In this document: piece by piece, positions 11,880 through 25,546 of the stretch
How positions within the stretch are numbered: position 1 is the stretch's first letter
How the letters are laid out: each line of letters opens with the position of its first letter
DNA from: Octopus sinensis
Taxonomy: Eukaryota
Assembly: GCF_006345805.1 (NCBI RefSeq)
Contig: NC_043000.1
Span: 46,686,001-46,750,000, forward strand
Reading direction: 5' to 3'
Length of the DNA: 64,000 nt
Program-made: the position numbers and the translations under genes
The notes under the pieces: model-generated
Seen by the model: only the letters and a program-made list of their open reading frames with translations
Database searches by the model: none
What the model was told of the DNA's origin: nothing

Positions 11880-12560
11880 ATTTTATGTGGTCATGATAGA
11901 AGCAAATGATAGCAAGGAATTTCAGTGGAATGCAAAGTATTTGAAGTGCTTCCCATAGAGCTTCACAGTATTTGCTTTCAAAAGCTTTGGTTAAATTGTA
12001 CATTGATATGAAACTACCATTGAGCTGACCATGTACTGAGCAGTAGATTTCTATAAATTTCTTTTTGCTTGAAAGATATGGATTATTTGTAAATGCTACA
12101 TCAAGCAACTTGAACAGCTTCGTCGAGCAAAATATTTTTCTCTTCTAGATAATATTTAGGAATAAAAATAATCCAACATCCATGTCCCAAAGTAAGCATA
12201 AAAGACAACTATTAAGGCAACAGTCTTTAGGCACCAGGTACAACGAAATGATCATATTGAAAGGATGAACAATAAATGACTCCTGGGGATAACTTTCATT
12301 CTGAAGTGACACCAGGAAAGCATCATGGAAGACCACCACAGAGGTTCAAAGATGTCTTGAAGGAAAATTTTGCACATCACAGCATCCAACTAAAGGGGTT
12401 TGAAACTGTCACAAAGGATAGAAAGCAATGAAGTTCTGTCATTTTGGCTGTGAATTCTTTGAGTAAGACATAAAAGACAAGGATCACCAAAAACATCAGA
12501 TTAGAGATAGATGGCCAGTCACCATCAGTGAAAGATCACTAATAGTTTCACCAAGGAATG
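11880..12560 (+). mobile_element. Degenerate RTE-like LINE 3' fragment
   Basis: Manual translation gives ...HIKQLEQL... and GRPPQRFKDVLKENF...ETVTKDRKQ*, typical of the RTE C-terminus. Confidence 0.65.
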
Positions 12561-12989
12561 TTAATAAATGCTTTGAAAATATATGGTTCTCTACAATCAT
12601 CTGAGAACCCATGTTAGAAGAAAATGAAATAAAATAATTGAAGAGGTGGGATAATTTCTCAGAGCAAGCAAGTTCAAAACAAAAGGCAAATGTGTGTATG
12701 TGTGTGTGATTGCATAGATATTTATGTTGATATGTTTGTTTGTTTTTTGTCATCATTTGTGCAACAGTAATGTAATGTTTACATTTTCTATAAATATAAC
12801 ATTTATAGCTTGTCAATTTCATTGGTTTTGACTTGTGAAAGCCATTGGAATAAAAATAACTTACTTGGAAAACAAGTTAGGGTTGGCACCAACAAGTCCA
12901 TCCAGTTATAGAATATTGCTTCGATAAGGCTCATCTTATCCAAACCTTATTTTAGGAAAAAGTGAATGCTAAAACTATTATTTTGATTA

Positions 12990-13322
12990 TAATGGTGATG
13001 ATGGGAATACAATAATGATATAGCTACCATTGATGATGACAATTGCAACAGTGATAGTAATTATAGCGGTGATGATGATGATGATGAGGAGGAGGAGGAG
13101 GAGGAAGAGAGAAAGAAGGAAAAGGAGTGGATGATGACGATGATGACCACAATGATAATGATGACAATAATGATGATAAGGCATATGAAAATGACAGTGT
13201 CAACGATGATGGCCATGAAGCAATGATGATGGTAGCAATGTTGTCCACCATGACGATGATAACTATGGTGATGACAATTATAATAACAACATCAATGATG
13301 ATGATGATGACAATAATGATAT
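12990..13322. repeat. Degenerate (GAT)n/(GGA)n/(AAT)n low-complexity tract
   Basis: Direct reading. Confidence 0.85.
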
Positions 13323-13334
13323 GAATAAAAATCC

Positions 13335-13535
13335 TTTCTACTATAGGCACAAAGCCTGAAACTTGACGGTAGAAGACTAGTCAATTTCAGTGACCCCTGT
13401 GTATCACTGGTACTTAATTTATTGATTCTGAAAGAATGAAAGACAAAGTCGACCTCAGCGGAATTTGAACTCAGAACATAGTGACCGGCAAAATACAATT
13501 AAACATTTTGCCCAGCATGCCAATGATTCTATCAG
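13335..13535 (-). mobile_element. SINE family A variant
   Basis: ctggtacttaatttattgattctgaaagaatgaaagacaaagtcgacctcagcggaatttgaactcagaac is the reverse complement of family A. Confidence 0.8.
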
Positions 13536-13574
13536 CTTGCTGCCTTAAATAATATGAATAATAACAACACAATG

Positions 13575-13766
13575 ATGATGATGGCTCTGTAAGAAATTTC
13601 CTTCACAACCACATGGTTCCATGTTCAGTCCCACTGTGTGGCATCTTGGGCAAGTGTCTTCTACTATAGCTGCAGGCTGATCAAAGACTTGTGAGTGGAT
13701 TTGGCAGAAGGAAACTGAAAGAAGACCATAGTGTGTGTATATATATATATATATGTATATACATAT

Positions 13767-13808
<42 letters not shown>

Positions 13809-13950
13809 ATATATATGGATGTGAGTGTATGTTTGTGTGTTTGTTTGTTTGTGTGTGTGCTTGTTTGTGTGTCTTTGTGTCTGTGTTTGTCCACCACCAT
13901 TAGACTCCAGCATGGCGACAGTAAAATTGACTGAAACAAGTAAAAGAAAA
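13575..13950 (+). mobile_element. SINE family B with an internal (TA)n/(TG)n tract
   Basis: accacatggttccatgttcagtcccactgtgtggcatcttgggcaagtgtcttctactatagc...actgaaacaagtaaaag. Confidence 0.8.
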
Positions 13951-14379
13951 GAGATAAATGATAATTAAAATTTAATTGCTTTAACAATCCTGTTATCAAA
14001 GTCTCGTTTACATGAATTTGTGTAATTTAGTTTTACTCATGAGCTTACAAATGAATATTCCATATCATGATATTACTGGGAAATTATCTCTTTTCAAAGG
14101 TTGCAAACTGTCACCTAAAAACGTGCAATGTGTCACTGTTGAAAAGCATATTATAGATTAGTTCTCAATCACTGTACTAGGTTGGTTTGCCCAACATAAA
14201 TGAAATGAAACCAAAGCTTTCAGTAACACATTTAGAATAGAAACACTCTTAGAATGGATAGCAGGTCTACTTCTGCAGTTATAGCCCAAAGATTTTAGCC
14301 AACCAATTCGGTGTATCAGTGGTACTAATTCTGTTGACTACAAACAGATGAAAAATGATGGAGTATTATAAAAATGTAA

Positions 14380-14712
14380 AGACCCCGTTTGGTCATGAAT
14401 AACCCTGGGATTGCACCTAGAAATTTTCTCTCCAAGGCACAAGTCCAGGAAAGGTTGTTTATGGAAGACCAGCAGTCACCCATGCGTACCAGCCTGCCTC
14501 TCTATACTACTGACGTTATCCAAGGGAAAGACAAAAGCTGATACAGCTTGGCACTAGTGACATTGCAACACATTTCTACAGCTGAGTGAACTGGAGCAAT
14601 ATGAAATAACGTTTCTTGCTCAAGAACACAAAGCACACAGCCTGACCTGGGAATCGAACTCACTACCTCATGATTGTGAGCCTAACACTCCAGCCACTGA
14701 GTCATCCACCTT
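14380..14712 (-). mobile_element. SINE family C
   Basis: Reverse complement of 1479-1770 (ctacagctgagtgaactggagcaa...cttgctcaagaacac...gggaatcgaactcactacctcatg). Confidence 0.8.
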
Positions 14713-15099
14713 CTATAACAAGGCATATATTCAGAATGGCAATTTCTCTCATTACACTGTGTATGTCTGTAAACCCAAGCCAATGAGAAATTTCTATAAA
14801 ATAATTCAACTTGCTTTCTTCACAACAGCCAACAACAATGAATCAATAACAAGCAATTGTTCACTCACTTGATCTGCAAGAATTACCAGTTAACTCTTTC
14901 TGAAATGATATTCTAGGTGTTTAAAAAGAGGAAGAAAAGTTTAGATAATGTGGTGCTAGAGAAACCTTAAATATGAGACCAGGCTAATCAGAGCTGGAAT
15001 GTCTTTGATCTTATGTATGCTCCAGCATGGCAAAGCAACAAGAACAACATATGCTACAACTAAATCATTGTCTGTTTTTGTCACTGGCATCATCGTTGT

Positions 15100-15365
15100 T
15101 GTTGGTGGCAGTGTTAGTGGTGTTTTGATGGTGGCATTGATGGTGGCGGTGTGGCAGTCAGCAGTGGCGTTATTGATGGTGGTGGTGGTGGTGGTGGTGG
15201 TGGTGGTATCAGTGGTGGCAATGGCATTGGCATCATTGTCGTCATCAGCGTCAGTGTCATCGTTTGTTGTCAGCATCGTCATCATCATCATCACTAACAG
15301 CCACCTCTGCCACCACCAGCCACCTCCACCGCCACCAGCCACCTCTACCACCACCACCAGCCACA
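15100..15365. repeat. Compound (GGT)n-(CAT)n-(CCA)n low-complexity tract
   Basis: Direct reading. Confidence 0.85.
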
Positions 15366-16163
15366 ACCATTTTAATTTCTTTTATTCTTTTATTGACTTC
15401 ACTCATTGAAATACATCCACGCTGGGGCACCAGATTCATAGTTTCCCTAAGTCAGATCAACATTATTTGTTATAATCATTTGTACCCCATATTTATTTTA
15501 TCAATCTCTAATTGTAGAACCACTAAGTTACAGGAGAGAAAGGAATGTTGCACAAATAAAAACTAATTCTTAGATTGATAAATACAAATATAAACAAAGT
15601 GATGGACACAGAAACACACCCACAGATAAATACACATACACACATGCAGGTACATGCTCACACAGACACATATACACACATGCACACACACGCACACACA
15701 CACAATGTGTGTTAATGTACATATTTTATGTTTAATCACACATAAAATAGTCTGCTCATTTAAGAAACTAGTCTGGATATAAACAACAAAATCGTTAAAA
15801 ACAGTAGCAAAAGTGACATCAAAAATGAACCAAGAAGATTATGTAAGGTAGCCTGATCTAAAATATCAGCTAAATTTCTCTCACTTTGTACTCGTATTGA
15901 ATAAAAGTTGGGATAAATATAGTTGGAATGTAATTGACCATAGTGGTGCTCGGTAATGGGTTACACAAATGTGTTGTGATATTATTACTGGTTCTTTGCA
16001 CTGTGTGTTCAAATCTCACTGGAGTTTGTTTTGCGTTTTATCTTTTCTAAAGGTCAATAAAATAAAGTACCAGCGCAGGGCAGCAGATTGCTGGAAATAT
16101 AAGAACATTGGAAGAAGTACCTTGCAGTACATGTTTCAGCTCTTTGCATTCTTGGTTTCTTGT

Positions 16164-16461
16164 GGAGGCACATGGCTTAGTGGTTAGAGCAGCGGACTCA
16201 CAGTTGAGGGATTGCGGGTTCAAATCTCAGACCGGGAGATGTGTGTGGGTTTATGAGCGAAACACCAAAGCTCCACGTGGCTCCGGCAGAAGGTAATGGC
16301 AAAATTCTGCTGATTCTTTCACCACAACTTTCTCTCACTCTTTCCTCCTGCATCCTGCAGCTCACCAGCGATGAACTGGTGTCCCATCCAGGTGGGGAAC
16401 CTATTCACCAAGGAAACCGGGAACTGGCCCTATGAGCCAGGCGTGGCTCAAGAAGGAACAA
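16164..16461 (+). mobile_element. tRNA-derived SINE, family D, with 15-bp TSD
   Basis: A-box TGGCTTAGTGG and B-box GGTTCAAATC. TSD attcttggtttcttg at 16148-16162 and 16461-16475. Confidence 0.85.
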
Positions 16462-17351
16462 TTCTTGGTTTCTTGGCTGTTAGACTTAATCTATCACCCA
16501 TATTCACAAAACTACCTAGTTATGAAGTGCCATGAGCAGAGTCCACTCAATTGTAAGTATTCAGGTCTGGCCTCTAGTTTGAGAAGAACTTCTAGCTGCC
16601 CTCTTCTCCACCAGAAGAAGGGTCATAAAGGCTTTCTTTCCTTCTCTGACTTAAACAACAAAATAAACAATAACAAAAACAGCAATATATTATTCAAATG
16701 ATTTTAAAATTGGTCATTATTAGTCTGAACAAATTTTACAGCAAAGCAAGGGCAATTATCTTGCAATGAATGTGGTGTTTTATGAGATTAATTAGATTTA
16801 GATATTAACTAATAAATTGATAATTAAAACATCAAGTTATTTTAAAGGATATAATATTTCTCACCCAATTCCTTTCTTAGCAATATCTTCCCAATTGCAC
16901 ATTTGTGATAAACTTTCTAGTTAGTTTAGTCAATGCACAGAATGAAGATACATAATTTAATTTACCTGGCAAATATTAATTAGTGGAACACAAGTAAAAT
17001 GCTGTAGATATCTTCCAAATGTGTTTAGGCCAAGATTGGTTCTCTTCATGATTGGAATCTATTCAAAATAAACAATTGGCATTAATTGCATCTGCTTCTA
17101 TAGACATAGGCATTTTCTGCAACATCCATCTACTACTTTGTGGTGTATTGTTGCAGAATGATGTGATCATCTGCCTTTTAAATTATCACTGCACTGCTGC
17201 CGCTGCCACCATCACCACCACCACCACCATACTCATTATCATTATCCTTCCTCATTACTATCATCATCCTTATCATACTTATCATCATCACCATCAACCA
17301 TTGTAGAAAATGGGCATTGGGTTGTGAATGCAATGTATATATATATATATT

Positions 17352-17400
<49 letters not shown>

Positions 17401-17830
17401 CAATGTCCATTCAGTTTTATGTGAAACTCTGTGTGGTATCGTCACACTGTCCACGCTATTCAGCTGCAGCCCACTATGAACCACCAGAGCAAATGCAATC
17501 AACAAGACATGAATGCCTACATTTGCAAACATACACATGCCTACGTGCACACATACATGGCTTCTTATATGTATGTATGCTTGCAGAGATATAACCTTCT
17601 AATAAGTACGGTTGACTTATTCATGTATAAGCATTTCAAAAGCGGAATGAATTGGTTTACTGAGAGAAAGAGTTTATACTTAACATTTTGGGCAGGACTC
17701 TTCATCTGTGTGCAATGTTTTCTAATGGCATATGCATGATATGTGGTTAAGATTCTCATGTTGTAACCATGTGACTTTGAGTTCTATCCTAAAGCATGAT
17801 AGCTTTTGGCAAGTGATATATATATAATAT

Positions 17831-18106
17831 GAGGGAATATTATTCCAAACTTACAGGGAAAATTTCAATTTAGAAATACTAAATCAAATTTCACAAAGTA
17901 TAATATATATATAAATTAGAAAAAAAACACCTTTTATCAATTCAATAAGATATATATATATTTATGTATTGGCTTATGTTTGTCACTGCTTGATTTGCCT
18001 AATAGTGGTTTTATCTCTAATTTAATATAATATAATATATTTATACTATAAAATTGGATTTAATCCTAAATCTAATTTTTCCCTGTAAGTTTGGATTTAT
18101 TCCCTA
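17831..18106. mobile_element. Tail-out pair of PLE-like terminal repeats (P1-type left, P2-type right)
   Basis: Both ends carry agggaata..ccaaacttacagggaaaa in inverted orientation. The left end matches 25214ff and the right end matches the reverse complement of 46073ff. Confidence 0.6.
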
Positions 18107-18580
18107 ATATTATTATATATATATATATATAATATATATATATATACTATATCCCTGGATTCATTGATGCTTTGGGAGTGAATTTAGTAAATGGAAACTG
18201 TGTGGAAACTTATTGAATACATGTATATCTGTGTGTATGTGTGTGTGTACGTGTGTGTGTGTGTGAGAGTCTATGCATTTGTGTATGCTCCCCAACCACT
18301 TGACAACTCATGTTCTTTTGTTTTTTTACATTCTCGTAACTTAGCAATTTGGCAAAACAGATCATTTGAATAAAAATTAGACTTAAAACAAAATAAGTAC
18401 TTCGATGTATTTGTTCAACTAACCCTGGTGTCCTAGCATAGTTGCAGTTCAATGACTGAAAGCTTGTAATGTAAACAATAAAAGATATATACATATAAAT
18501 ACATACATACATAAAATACACAATCTTTCTTCTGTTTTCACAGCTATATTGCATTTGAAATATTACTTTCTTGCCTGTAG

Positions 18581-18631
<51 letters not shown>

Positions 18632-19764
18632 TGAATTTATGTAAATGTTTATAGAATAATATATTGGTTGAATAAAGTTAAAATATGGTCCAGTTTACAC
18701 ATTTTTTATTATGGTATTTTAAAAAATATAAATCTATTTACAATGTTTAAGTGTGTTAAACATTGCAAAAATATTTTTTAATGTTCATAAAGTTCAATTA
18801 GCACTTTCATACGTTCGTAGTAATCATCAGATTTCAACATGTATTTAACTGACAGTTGAGTTATTGACAACTGTAGTAAAATGACTGACTTCTTTCTTTT
18901 TTTACCTCTTAGAAGGGTTCAACAAGCCAAATTTTGGAAATACAGTTTTGACCAATCCACATGCAGCTTAAACATCATGGTTTGCCAGGTGTACTGATAT
19001 CACTGGTATAAATCCTGCTTTTATTTTAACCAAACTGCATGTGGTTTACATGTAATAGTTTTATGAGTAAACTTAGTTGGTTTTGTTCGTTTTTATTTCA
19101 ATTGGTATGAGCCTTCTGTAATTTGTTTATATTCATATATTAAAGATATTCTTTAAACCACATCATTAACTGGTTGTTATATCATTATTGTTATTTCCGT
19201 TCAGAACAGGTTTGAACATTTTAATAAACCATTTTTGTTTTATCTTTCTTCCAACCTTACTTGTGTCATGTAGTTTGTGGGAAGGAAAAATTAGAAACAT
19301 TTTCTGACCACATGTTTCTATGTGTTTTGCTCAATGGAATTTGGTAAACATTAGTGTTCTGGATTTTTTGTCTGTGGACTCATGAGCATTCTGATGATGC
19401 ATTCCTCATCTCACTAATATATAGTTCCTTGCAATTCTGGCATTTAATGCAGTAGATCAAATTTCTGCTTTTGCAGTTCATATCTGCATTTGCGAAAATC
19501 TGAATTCTTACTAAATGTAGATATTTACATACATATACACTTGAACACATGCATGTGCATGAGTGGATGAATAGACAGGGAGTTGTGTACTTGTATGTAG
19601 GGGAGGGGAAAGAGAGTGGGAATGAGAAAGAGAAAGAGGATGCAGAAAAAATTGGGGAGAATTAAGAGAGGGCTATGTTAGAAGGCTAAACACATGTTGA
19701 ACTGTACTCAAAGAGAAGCAAGTATCAACAAGAATGGTATTATATATTTAAAAATTTAGTCATA

Positions 19765-20200
19765 TAGGTGCAGGCATAGTTGCATAGTAAGTACTTGTTT
19801 CCTGACCACATTGTTCTGAGTTCAGTCCCACTGCATGGCGCCTTAGGCAAGTGTCTTCTACTATAGCCTTGGCACAACCAAAGCCTAGCAAATGGATTTG
19901 GTAGATGGAAACTGAAAGAAGCTTGTCATGCATGTGTATTTAGGTGTGTGTGTTCATGTGTGCATGCATATGTGTATACGTCTTTGTATCTGTGTCCCCC
20001 ACCATCACAACTTGATAACCTGTGTTGATGTGTCTACATCCTCAAGACTTAGCAGTTCAGAAAAAGAGACCAATAGAATAAGTGCCAGGCTTAAGAAAAC
20101 AGTACTAGGGTTGATTCATGCAACTAAAATTTCTTCAGGTTGCCACAGCATGGCCACAGTTTAATGACTGAAAGAAGTAAACGAAAAAGGTAAAAGAAAG
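19765..20200 (+). mobile_element. SINE family B
   Basis: gttcagtcccactgcatggcgccttaggcaagtgtcttctactatagcc...cagcatggccacagtttaatgactgaaag. Confidence 0.8.
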
Positions 20201-20534
20201 ATACAATCTGTGCTGCTTATATTAAGCAATTAGAATATATCAAGACTTTTAGAAAACTTGCTTCTGTGGTTTTCTATGCTTGCTTCAGTTGGACGAATAT
20301 GTTATTTGAGGCATTAGTTAACAACCCATTCTTGATACAAACACTTGTCAGTTTTTCAGGTAAAGAACCATTCATTCCACATAGCTTCTTTGAAGCCATG
20401 AATTGCTTGGACAATTTGTTGACAGAAGAAATTGGCAAAAACATCATCCAACTTGTTCCTGTTCAATAAATTGTACATACAAACAATCACACAGGTACAG
20501 CACATGAGCACACATACATACACACACTCATGTG

Positions 20535-21085
<551 letters not shown>

Positions 21086-22899
21086 ATAGTATTCTGTAAA
21101 TCATACTTAACATGGATAAAGTGTGGAAAACAACACAACTGCAGTATTCATCTCAAGACAGCATCTCATATAGATATGTTGGGGTGAGAAGCACAGAAGA
21201 ATATCAGCAGCAAAATGAAAAGTATCTTCTGATATAGAAAAATATGCAGTGAAACTAAACCCAAAACTGCTAACTATAAGTTTGGTATATTTTCTATATG
21301 GCTGTAGTACCACACACACACACACAAGGACCTTACCTTTTTCTCTGCAGTTTGTATATATTTTCTTTCATATAATGAACCTATGCTACCTTTCTTTGTT
21401 GGATCTTTGCTTATGAAGCATGTTTAAGAATAATTTTGGTTTCCTCAAACAACCAGTGCTTATACAAACAAATTATTGTTTATCCCCTTACATGCCTTTT
21501 GAGATTGTCATTGTATAACCACTTCAAGACATGACTTGGTTCCCATCATGCATCCCAGCACTCACAGTAATTGGTGAACTCATTAATTTTGTCTCATCAT
21601 CTCATTAGGAATTTGTCTCATAAAATGGAACCGTTTTAAAAACTAGGGACCAAGGACTATTAGCCTTTTTCCAGAATGTAATTCAAACTTTTCATATGTT
21701 AATATCATATGACACTAAACCACATATTTATTAGTGAGGGTAAGTACTTTTTGTTTGAAGGTGGACGGATGACATGCAAAGTGGAATTCCAACAGGATAT
21801 AGTTATCCAAACTCTGACTAATGAACATACAGTCTCATCTCTGTGTCATTGTATTGCAATGACAAAGACCTCCACTCTCTCTACCTATGTTGTGTTCTGT
21901 CTAAATCATCAAGCCCCACACTACCAGAACTTTCTAATATCAATATACCCAGTTTTTTCACCACAGAATTTCAGAATTCTGAAATTCTCCTTTTTTCCAT
22001 ACAAATGCCTTTCTTGAAGATGCTGAGTTGCAATGTTGTTGAGTGAAATGCTAATGACATCTACCACAGTTTTTGAGGGCCTTCACTAATGCTCCACCAT
22101 CAGTAATATATATGCCATTAATATTCCTCCAAACCCATCTAATGTCAAAAAAGACTGACCTTTGCCCATGCATGCAAATCTCTTTTCCCTGTCACATCAA
22201 TGTTTATACAAAGTGGAATGCATTAAATTGGGCCAATGGAGCTTGGCACATGCATCATTGCAAATGTTATCATAAAATCACAGTTCAGTTTAATCCAATG
22301 AAATTATACACAAGTGTCTTGATCCTAAGGAACTTTACAATACAGTGTCTGGAAAGGAAAAAAAGACCACCACTTTGCATTCTGATATTCCATTTCAGTT
22401 CATGTATAATACAAATTTTTTTTTTCAAGAAGAACTAAGTTACATTACAGTTTCCACAGAATAGACTTTACTATATCTAGTAAAGCTCAATGATTACTTT
22501 CAAATCTGCATTTTGTATGATTCTGTACGTGAGAAAATTTTTCAGTGTTTTAGACAGTAATTCTAATAAGTCTAACTAAATACACCTCTTTCTTTATATT
22601 ATGTTACTAAAGAAAACCAGAGAATAGCATACAGGAAGTGATAAATAGTTCCTTAAATCTTTAGTAATCATGGTGTACAAAAATATTAGGTTGTGCAATT
22701 TTTTTTACTCATGATGAAAGTATGAGCGCACTGAATATATAATAAGTATAATTATTCCATACAGTATTATTTTAGGCACTGGTTGGAAAATGTATGCACA
22801 TGTGCACAGCTTAGAGGGAATAGTGCAGAGAGATATTTTTTCCAGGATTTAATTGACCATAATTATGGGTGCACATTATACATGAGTGCATTCATAAAT

Positions 22900-23037
22900 A
22901 TGCATACACACACACAAATATGTATATACACTTACAAATTTGTAAGAACATACATATAAGTATAAAATCATAGATGCATCTATACACTGATGTGTGTATG
23001 AGTGTGTGCATATATATAAATACAGACAGATATTTAT

Positions 23038-23068
<31 letters not shown>

Positions 23069-23210
23069 AATATATATACACTTACAAATATATAAATCTA
23101 AACTTACAAATACTTAAAACACAGATGCATCTATACACACGTGTGTGTATGAGTGTGTGCATACATAAAAATACAGACAGATATTTATGCACACACACAC
23201 ACATTTGTAT
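22900..23210. repeat. Diverged tandem duplication of a ~145-bp (CA)-rich unit
   Basis: agatgcatctatacac...gtgtgtatgagtgtgtgcata...aaatacagacagatattta occurs twice. Confidence 0.7.
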
Positions 23211-23769
23211 TTACTGAAGGGAAAGAAACAAAAGAAAGAGATGAGAAAAGAGGCACTATCAAAGTGAAGCAGAGAAGTGAATGGAAAATGAACAAAAAAG
23301 GAGAGAGAGAGAGAGAAATTGGAAGATAGAAGCTGGTATATTGGCTTGTATATCAGTTCATGTTTAGTATAACCAAATAGAGTAGAAACAGTGGAGAAGA
23401 CAGAGGAAGACAAAGATGAGAGAAAAAGATATGTGGTAAATGTTCAGTTGATATACAAATTATAAATGAGAAAATACATAAAGGGGAAAGACGTAGTTTG
23501 GGCTGCAAAGCATATTTGAATAATTAAACATAAGGAAAGATGAGTAGATGCTTTAGTATAGGGACAAAACATGTGCTTGTTAGTGTGTGTGTGTGTGGAA
23601 AAAGAAATGCAAAATTTATAATATTATGTTGGTTGAAACAGGAAAATGGATGATATTAAGTATACTATAAATTTATCTATATATCTATCTCTCTCACACA
23701 CATATATATAGATATATATACACACACACACACAAACATACATATATATATACATATATACACACACAC

Positions 23770-23816
<47 letters not shown>

Positions 23817-23851
23817 TACACACATATAATATATATATATATATATATATA

Positions 23852-25064
23852 CAGACATGCAGGAAGTAAATAGACACCTTTAATTTTCAAAATCTTTTAT
23901 TTAATACACAAAGTGAACAATTGAAATGCAATCGATAGATAGGACTACCTCCTTTAGTATTTAGTTGACATTCCCTTTGCAGTTTTTACTTCAGAAACTC
24001 TTTTTGGCATTGAACTGGTGAGCTTTGTGATTGTCTCCTGTGGAATTTCTGCCCACTTTTCACACAACAATAGAAACAATTCATCTTTAGATTTAAGTTT
24101 CTGTCAAGTTTTTCGTATAGCTCTATTTAGTATGCTCCAAAGATTTTCAATTGGGTTCATGTCAGGAGATTGATTTGGCCAACGAAGCTTTTTCATCCCA
24201 TTTTCAGTCAGCCATTGTTAATTTTTTTTGCTGTATGGTATGGAGTCCCATCTTCCATGAATTAAAATTTATTTTTCGTTATGTTATCGCGTGAACACAT
24301 TGGAAGTAGTCCTTGCTTAAGTATTTCGATGTATTTTTCAGACCATTGCTGGTAACAGCTCTCCATACCATTACAGAGATACTGCCATGTTTCACAGTTG
24401 GTTGGATTCGTTTCAAATCAAATTCTTGATTGGGAAGCCTCCAGACCCAAACACGTCCACTGTCTGAAAATAATGCAAATCTGGGTTCATCTGAGAAAAT
24501 CACTCAATCCTAAAATGAACTGGATTTTTCTGGCATCTCATTTCTTTATTTTCGTGATATTAATTGGTTGAAGGAGAGGTTTTCTTCTAGCAGTTCTTCC
24601 ATAATATCCAAGCTTATGCAGATATGTAACACACGTTCTTGGACTAACTACTAACTGCTTTGCAATGTCAGAAGCCTTTGAATGGGGTTCGTTTTCCACA
24701 ATTCTCTTCAAACCGCGAAGCTTCCTTTCCAAGAGACCAGGTCAATTCTTTTGATTCTTTTCCTTGTCTTTTGAATTGCACTATAATTCTATTAACTGTA
24801 GCAAGAGGAATTTGAAGATTTTGGGCAATTTTCCACTGGCTAAGACCAGTCTCAGATTGCCCGGCAATATGACCTCTTTGAAAATCTGACAGCTCTGCTG
24901 AATTTTTTGTGTGTGGCATGTTTACTCTTCACAAATATTTAATATAATGGCACCTGGAATGAAAAAGAATAATTACCTTGTAAATTCTACACCACTGAAA
25001 ACATATTAAGATGCTTAGATAACAAATTTCTATTTACTATATCTATTTACTTCCTGCATATCTA
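23852..25064 (-). mobile_element. Near full-length Tc1-like (DD34E-type) DNA transposon, frameshifted
   Basis: 23-bp TIRs cagacatgcaggaagtaaataga / tctatttacttcctgcatatcta in TA context. ORF pieces 24668..24919, 24538..24732 and 24279..24503 show an HTH ([11 protein letters not shown]), [21 protein letters not shown] and [13 protein letters not shown]; WPNQSPDMNPIENLW can be read further down. Confidence 0.9.
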
Positions 25065-25069
25065 TATAT

Positions 25070-25134
25070 ATATATATTTATTATTATTATTAATAATAAT
25101 AATAATAATAAAATATAATAATATAATAATATTA

Positions 25135-25192
<58 letters not shown>

Positions 25193-25213
25193 TAATAATA
25201 ATAATAATAATAG
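25070..25213. repeat. (TA)n then (AAT)n microsatellite
   Basis: Direct reading. Confidence 0.92.
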
Positions 25214-25546
25214 TAGGGAATATAATTCCAAAATTTACAGGGAAAAATTCAATTTAACAATTTTAAATCAAATTTCACAATATATAATATATGTATATAA
25301 TTTAGAGAAAAACCTCTCTATTAAACAATTCAATAAAGAAAGGTGTTATTCACACCATATAGAAAACATATACTATAAAAAAAACTTATTCTAAAAATCA
25401 ATAAAGTGCAATACTATTTACTCTTTACTATTTAATGTACTTTATTGATTTTTAGAATAAGGTTTTTTTATATAGTATATGTTTACTATATGGTGTAAAT
25501 AACATCTTCTTTATTGAATTGTTTAACAGATTTTCTCTAAATTATA
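25214..25546. repeat. Fold-back palindrome of PLE-like terminal repeat family P1
   Basis: Arms 25296-25410 and 25436-25546 are reverse complements with a ~25-nt spacer. The left arm continues to the tagggaatataattccaaaatttacagggaaaa terminus and is homologous to 33880-34094. Confidence 0.8.

Noticed and set aside
7375-18990. Plus-strand exon-like segments (7375-7433, from 8176, from 18913)
   Set aside because: The acceptors are good, but one overlaps a repeat remnant, one is closed in all frames and one lacks a convincing donor. They form no coherent frame.
21500-22400. Possible decayed DDE transposase on the minus strand (GKRLIVLG-like words)
   Set aside because: The similarity is too fragmentary to support without a profile search.
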